This document shows positions 7,149 to 11,635 of a DNA stretch of 11,635 bases, piece by piece. The first letter of the stretch is position 1. Each line of letters opens with the position of its first letter. Source of the stretch: a virus. Taxonomy: Duplodnaviria; Heunggongvirae; Uroviricota; Caudoviricetes. Below the pieces are notes generated by a model. That model made no database searches and was not told where the DNA came from. It was given only the letters and a program-made list of their open reading frames with translations. A program made the position numbers and the translations under genes. The DNA is taken from the IMG/VR virus record IMGVR_UViG_2660238190_000006; one strand, written 5' to 3'.

Positions 7149-8306
7149 ATGCCGAGAATAATCGAATTACGCCAGCAGAAAACCGCCATTAAAAATCAGA
7201 TGCGCGACATGCTGGAGAACGCGGAAAAAGAAAACCGCAGCCTTAACGATGCTGAGGGCGCAAAATTTGACGAATTACGCGCTAAAGCTGAATCCCTCGA
7301 TAAAGACATCTCCCGCCTTGAGGCCGTTGCTGACGAAGAGCGCAGTAAACCAGGCAAAAACAGCCAGACCACTGACCCCGCCGAACTACGTCACTACATT
7401 CTGACAGGTGAAACCCGCGCATTGAGTACAGGCGTTCCCGCTGATGGTGGTTATACCGTTATCCCCGAACTGAACACCGAAATCATGCGAATGCTGACGG
7501 ATGAATCCACCATGCGCCGCATCTGTACCGTGAAGAAAATCAGCAGCAACGAGTTTAAGCAGCTTGTTTCCGCTGGCGGTGCGACCGTTAACCACGGTGA
7601 AGAGGGTAAGGCACGCGAACAGACCAGCACCCCGCAGATTAACGAGGTGAGCATTAAGCTGTATCCGGTCTATGCGTACCCGCGCACCACGCAGGAAATC
7701 GTGGATTTTTCCGATGTGGACATCCTTTCATGGCTGACGGGCGAGATTGGCGACACCTTCACGGAAACCGAAGAAAGCGATCTGGTTGTGGGCGACGGTG
7801 ACAAAAAAGCAAAAGGCTTTTTATCCGTACCCCGTGCAGAGAAGAACGACAAAGAGCGTGATTTTGGTACGTTGCAGGTAATTAAACCTTCCGAATCTCT
7901 GGCGTGGACATCTGCGGACCCGCTGATCGACCTGAAATTTGCATTACGTAAAAAATACCGCAAAAACGCGGTCTGGGTGGTTAACTCCACGACGGCGGCA
8001 AAACTCCAGAAGGTGAAGAACGCGAACGGTGATTACATCTGGCGTGACCGTTTACAGGCGGGTGATCCTGATACGTTGCTGGGCCTTCCGGTCGAATATC
8101 TGGAGTTTATGCCGGATAACGTTATTGCCCTGGGTGACTTCAAACGCGGTTACTACATTGTTGATCACGAAACAGGTGTTCGCACCAGACCGGACAACCT
8201 CACAGAGCCGGGCTTCATCAAAATTTTCGCGCAGAAATATTTAGGCGGTGGCGTGGTGGATTCGAACGCGATCAAGATTCTGGAACTGCCACAGGACGAC
8301 GATTAA
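7149..8306 (+). CDS. Major capsid protein, HK97 fold, with N-terminal coiled-coil scaffold (delta-like) domain
   Basis: N-terminal coiled coil RIIELRQQKTAIKNQMRDMLENAEKENRSLNDAEGAKFDELRAKAESLDKDISRLEAV matches the HK97-family MCP delta-domain pattern. GDGDKKAKGFLS fits the conserved G.G...p.Gil region. Start 7149 chosen over GTG 7101; start is uncertain. Confidence 0.85.
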   Translation: MPRIIELRQQKTAIKNQMRDMLENAEKENRSLNDAEGAKFDELRAKAESLDKDISRLEAVADEERSKPGKNSQTTDPAELRHYILTGETRALSTGVPADGGYTVIPELNTEIMRMLTDESTMRRICTVKKISSNEFKQLVSAGGATVNHGEEGKAREQTSTPQINEVSIKLYPVYAYPRTTQEIVDFSDVDILSWLTGEIGDTFTETEESDLVVGDGDKKAKGFLSVPRAEKNDKERDFGTLQVIKPSESLAWTSADPLIDLKFALRKKYRKNAVWVVNSTTAAKLQKVKNANGDYIWRDRLQAGDPDTLLGLPVEYLEFMPDNVIALGDFKRGYYIVDHETGVRTRPDNLTEPGFIKIFAQKYLGGGVVDSNAIKILELPQDDD

Positions 8307-8316
8307 CAGCATACAG

Positions 8317-8345
8317 AAGGGGCTTAAAAGCCCCTTTAGTGTTTT
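8317..8345 (+). terminator. Hairpin (partial terminator/attenuator) between capsid and protease genes
   Basis: Seen: AAGGGGC-loop-GCCCCTT followed by T-rich TAGTGTTTTA. Could tune capsid versus protease expression (inference). Confidence 0.4.
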
Positions 8346-8918
8346 ATGGGTGAAAAAATTATGAAGAGTATGGAAATCCGGTCATCGGAAATCACCACCA
8401 GCGGAGCCGGTACGCTGACGGGCTACATTGTTCGCTGGGATAAGCTTTCAGAACTGTTATGGGGTGAGTTTTACGAAAAATTCCAGCGGGGGGCGTTTAC
8501 TGAATGGCTTGCGGCGGGTAATGACGTTCGCGGCCTGTATGAGCATGACCACAGCATGTTACTGGGGCGCACCCGTTCCGGCACGCTGAAACTGGAAGAG
8601 GACGAAACAGGGTTACGCTTTGAACTGACCCCACCGGATACCAGTACAGGGCGCGACGTTATCGAACTGGTTAAACGAGGTGATATATCCGGCATGAGCT
8701 TTGGCTTTCGTTCCCGTAAGGATGTATGGGATACCACAACAGATCCATGCGTGCGCACCGTGCTGGTGGCGGAACTGTACGAAATTACCGTTACATCCGT
8801 ACCGGCTTACCCTGATTCCGACGTGGAGCTGGCCCGCCGTTCCCTGTATGAGCAGCACCCCGAAAAAATGCCGCGTGCGGATAATCGCCGCTGGTGGGCG
8901 GATTTAGCGGGGGTGTGA
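8346..8918 (+). CDS. Prohead maturation protease, HK97 family (S78/U35-like)
   Basis: Motifs GYIVRWDKLSELLWGEFYEKFQRGAF, LYEHDHSMLLGRT, GLRFELTPPDTSTGRDVIELVKRGDISGMSFGF and YEITVTSVPAYPDS match the HK97 prohead protease family pattern. Start may instead be ATG 8361 or 8370. Confidence 0.85.
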   Translation: MGEKIMKSMEIRSSEITTSGAGTLTGYIVRWDKLSELLWGEFYEKFQRGAFTEWLAAGNDVRGLYEHDHSMLLGRTRSGTLKLEEDETGLRFELTPPDTSTGRDVIELVKRGDISGMSFGFRSRKDVWDTTTDPCVRTVLVAELYEITVTSVPAYPDSDVELARRSLYEQHPEKMPRADNRRWWADLAGV

Positions 8919-10438
8919 TATGTGGCCTTTCCAGGGTGTGCCCGCACGTAAAAGGGCCGATGCGTGGCAGACCCATTGAGCTGGAGCCGTGGCAGCAGTT
9001 CGCCTTTGCGTGCATCCTCGGCTTTAAGGTTAAGGCCACCGGACGGCGCAAATACACGAGCGCCTTTATCGAAGTGCCGCGCAAAAATGCGAAATCCACG
9101 ACCGCCGCGATTCTGGCTAACTGGTTTCTGATTATGGAGAACGGTCAGCAGGATATCTACACCGCAGCGGTGAGCCGTGACCAGGCGCGGATCGTCTTTG
9201 ATGATGCGCGTCAGATGTGCCTTTTATCCCGACCGTTACGCAGGCGGGTGAATATTCAGGCGCATAAGGTGATGCACCCGAAAAGCAACAGCCTGTTAAA
9301 GCCGCTGGCAGCAAAAGCGGCAACCATCGAGGGAACAAACCCCAGCCTTTCCATCGTGGACGAATACCACTTGCACCCCGATAACGGCGTTTATTCCGCG
9401 CTTGAGCTGGGGATGGGCGCACGCCCCGAAGGGCTGTTATTTGCTATTACCACATCAGGCAGTAACGTCGTTTCAGCCTGTAAGCAGCACTATGATTATT
9501 GCTGCCAGATCCTGGACGGCGAAGAGGTCAACGATTCAATTTTTGTACTGATTTACGAACTGGACGACGAAAACGAGGTTGATGATCCGGCGATGTGGAT
9601 AAAGGCGAACCCTAATATTGATGTTTCCGTGGATCGTGAAAAACTGGCCTCAACCATCCAGAAAGCGCGGGGTATTCCGTCGCAGTGGGTGGAGATGATG
9701 ACAAAGCGATTTAATATCTGGTGCCAGGGGGCTACCCCGTGGATGGGTAACGGCGCATGGGCTGAGTGTGCCGGAACGTTCACGGAGGAAGATTTACACG
9801 GCCAGGAGTGTTACGCGGGGCTGGACTTATCATCAACCAGCGATATTTCCAGCGTGTGCTATGCCTTTCCGGTCGGTAAAACCATTATGCTGGTTTCCCG
9901 TCACTATCTGCCGGAATTTCAGCTACAGAACCCCGCCAATAAAAACCGCGCCATCTATCGTCAGTGGGCTAAAGCAGGCTGGATACGCACAACGCCTGGC
10001 GACTGCATTGATTACGACCGGATCAGAGATGACATCATGCAGGACGCGGAGAAATTTAATATCAGGCTGGTGGGCTTTGATACGTGGAACGCCACGCATC
10101 TCAGAACGCAATTACAGGGGGCAGGTTTTGAGGTGGAGCCGTTCCCGCAAACCTACCTCAGATTCAGTCCGGCGGCGAAATCGTTCGAAGTTTTTGTTAA
10201 CCGCAGGGTGATTGTGCATCGTGGCGATCCGGTGTTGTCCTGGTCGATGAGTAACGTCGTGATGCAGAGTGACGCGAACGCCAATATCAAGCCGAACAAG
10301 AAAAAATCACCGAACAAGATAGACCCGAGCGTGGCGGCGCTGATGGCGTTTGGTACATTCCAGGCAGAGCATGAGGATTTTGCTTTTGATATAAGCGACA
10401 GCCACCGCCAGAAACTGGAAGAATTTAGCGGGGTGTAA
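8894..10438 (+). CDS. Terminase large subunit (Terminase_1 / COG4626-type), with a short N-terminus
   Basis: Motifs recognised: LEPWQQF; P-loop EVPRKNAKSTTAA; AAVSRDQARIVF; Walker B SIVDEYHLH; ITTSG; WIKANPNIDVSV; GLDLSSTSD; C-terminal KPNKKKSPNKIDPSVAALMAF. Start ambiguous (GTG 8894 overlapping the protease end, GTG 8936, or ATG 8960). Confidence 0.85.
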   Translation: MGGFSGGVICGLSRVCPHVKGPMRGRPIELEPWQQFAFACILGFKVKATGRRKYTSAFIEVPRKNAKSTTAAILANWFLIMENGQQDIYTAAVSRDQARIVFDDARQMCLLSRPLRRRVNIQAHKVMHPKSNSLLKPLAAKAATIEGTNPSLSIVDEYHLHPDNGVYSALELGMGARPEGLLFAITTSGSNVVSACKQHYDYCCQILDGEEVNDSIFVLIYELDDENEVDDPAMWIKANPNIDVSVDREKLASTIQKARGIPSQWVEMMTKRFNIWCQGATPWMGNGAWAECAGTFTEEDLHGQECYAGLDLSSTSDISSVCYAFPVGKTIMLVSRHYLPEFQLQNPANKNRAIYRQWAKAGWIRTTPGDCIDYDRIRDDIMQDAEKFNIRLVGFDTWNATHLRTQLQGAGFEVEPFPQTYLRFSPAAKSFEVFVNRRVIVHRGDPVLSWSMSNVVMQSDANANIKPNKKKSPNKIDPSVAALMAFGTFQAEHEDFAFDISDSHRQKLEEFSGV

Positions 10439-10451
10439 TGAGGTCAGCAGC

Positions 10452-10733
10452 ATGACAGAAGCCGAAATAACGGGATTAATCCGCCGCGTTGCCGGAATCA
10501 GCCAGCAGGCTGACGAACAGGCCACGCAGCCGGACAGCGTGACAGCCGAAAACTATGCGCGTGTTGTTGCTGAGGTGATGCGCCGTGATGGTATAGAACT
10601 TAATGGCGTGGATATGCGCAACATACGAACCAGAGCTCTTGAGTTGCTGGCCTACCGTCGCCGCGTGGAGATGTATCGGGAGAAGGAGAAAATAACGTAC
10701 CACTGGAAGAAGCCGGAGCGGTTGCGGCGGTAA
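10452..10733 (+). CDS. Hypothetical protein (93 aa) downstream of TerL
   Basis: ATG with RBS GAGGT 8 nt upstream, 13 nt after the TerL stop. Possibly a head-completion/connector-like or packaging accessory protein, but no family recognised. Confidence 0.55.
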   Translation: MTEAEITGLIRRVAGISQQADEQATQPDSVTAENYARVVAEVMRRDGIELNGVDMRNIRTRALELLAYRRRVEMYREKEKITYHWKKPERLRR

Positions 10734-11026
10734 CTGGTTGATATTCCCGACGGACCAAAAATGGGTGGCTACATCCCTCGCTTCTGAGGACTGTTAACAA
10801 GCTGCCTGAAAGACAGTCACAAACTACGAAATTTTCGCAGTTTAATTAATGATCAGCTTAATCGCTAACCCGCTGATATTTTCGGAAACCTCAATTTGAG
10901 GAAGTCGGCGCGGTAACTCGCTGAACTTTAAGCAAAGTGCAAAATTGCGCTTGCTGAATAATCATTATGATTACGCAGATGATTAAGGAATGACCGAAGG
11001 CGGAAATTCGCCTGTGGTTAATGGGG

Positions 11027-11170
11027 GAGTTGCAGATCTGCAACTCGACCATGAAACTACGGAAACTACCCGTAGTTTGGGTAGTAAGAGTAACACCCAG
11101 ATTTTGGGTCTTACTCGTGATACCCAAATTTGGGGTATCAGTGGCAACCATAACGACTTTCGTTACGGTT
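11027..11170. other. Array of five consecutive perfect or near-perfect palindromes/hairpins in non-coding DNA (candidate packaging site, operator array or structured RNA)
   Basis: Seen: 20-bp perfect palindrome GAGTTGCAGATCTGCAACTC (11027-11046); hairpin AAACTACGG/CCGTAGTTT (11054-11078); ACCCAGATTTTGGGT (11095-11109) with flanking GAGTAA/TTACTC; GATACCCAAATTTGGGGTATC (11119-11139); AACCATAACG/CGTTACGGTT (11146-11170). Confidence 0.5.
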
Positions 11171-11369
11171 GATGCTTTTACCCCATTGGGGGAAAGGTAT
11201 TACGATAATCATAACACCTACCGAACAGGTAAAGCCCACCAGCCTGATTAACGTTTAACCGGAAAAAAATTCCGGTAGGTGGGGATCCCCATATCGACAT
11301 TAACGCCCCTCATGAATTGGTGCGCTTCCCCCTGGAAAGATGATCCGCCTGTATATTTCTTGTGTCTAT

Positions 11370-11384
11370 TTGTTCCACGTTGTT
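11370..11384. repeat. 15-mer TTGTTCCACGTTGTT (copy 2)
   Basis: Seen: exact match to 6919-6933; shared TATTTGTTC prefix as well. Confidence 0.5.
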
Positions 11385-11470
11385 TCATACAGTGCACCGA
11401 ACGGTGTAGTCACTGGTGTAGTCATTTTGCGATTTTTGGCACTTTTTGCGGTGAAAATTATTTAATTAAA

Positions 11471-11635
11471 TCAACGTGTTATGTGAAATAAGTTATATAT
11501 AACAGCAATAAATAATGCGAGAATAAACGGCACGATGATCTCGGCGGCAAAACGGATACCGCAGAGAATAATGACCAGCATTCCCAACATAATGACGATT
11601 TTTAGGCCATTGAGCGTGATGATCGGCTTTGCCAT
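11471..11635 (-). pseudogene. tqsA: 5' fragment (54 codons) of an AI-2E-family transporter gene (TqsA/YdgG-like), apparently truncated at the island junction
   Basis: Minus-strand ORF starting at the last base of the window: [54 protein letters not shown]. The N-terminal 45 or so residues match my recollection of E. coli TqsA; the ORF then diverges and stops. It is shorter than 60 aa, so absent from the supplied track. Confidence 0.45.

Larger units (their letters stand above)
1..11500 (+). mobile_element. Integrated phage-satellite-like island (PICI / P4-like family) carrying its own capsid, protease and large terminase; left att site lies outside the window, right boundary approximate
   Basis: Seen: gene order int, alpA, small genes, replicase, iterons, SSB, regulator, capsid, protease, TerL, almost all on + strand and many translationally coupled. 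A truncated host-like gene sits at the right end. Inference: this matches the satellite/PICI layout; boundaries were not confirmed by direct repeats because the left flank is absent. Confidence 0.7.

Noticed and set aside
10891-11251. Three overlapping ORFs (86 aa minus, 60 and 76 aa plus) in the right-end non-coding region
   Set aside because: They translate a palindrome array on both strands, lack RBSs and overlap each other; the palindromes are what keep the frames open.
10740-11470. Possible tRNA gene marking the attachment site
   Set aside because: I looked for tRNA T-loop-like GGTTCGAATCC-type motifs and a cloverleaf and found none. The hairpins here are simple palindromes, not tRNA-like. 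A tRNA may still exist outside the window to the left of int.
11279-11491. 70-aa Cys-rich plus-strand ORF
   Set aside because: No RBS, odd composition, and it lies antisense to and overlapping the junction region of the truncated transporter ORF.

Overview
The window reads as one integrated phage-satellite-like island (PICI / P4-like family) of about 11.5 kb, lying on the + strand. From left to right: a P4-type tyrosine integrase, a phased 10-bp repeat array, an AlpA-family regulator, a convergent minus-strand pair (ribbon-helix-helix protein plus a small basic protein), a translationally coupled chain of small unknown genes including an Icd-like protein, a RecA/DnaB-like P-loop replicase followed by an iteron cluster (probable origin), an SSB-like protein and a PerC-like regulator. 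After two terminators comes a compact head module: HK97-type major capsid protein, prohead protease and large terminase. No portal, small terminase, head-tail connector or tail genes are visible. The element ends in about 730 bp of palindrome-dense non-coding DNA, then a 54-codon minus-strand ORF that looks like the 5' end of an AI-2E transporter gene (tqsA/ydgG-like), suggesting the right junction. The most interesting point is the partial capsid/packaging module (capsid-forming-PICI-like but lacking portal and TerS), with an RBS-sequestering terminator abutting the capsid start codon. All functional calls are from motif recognition by eye and memory of protein families; no database search was run.
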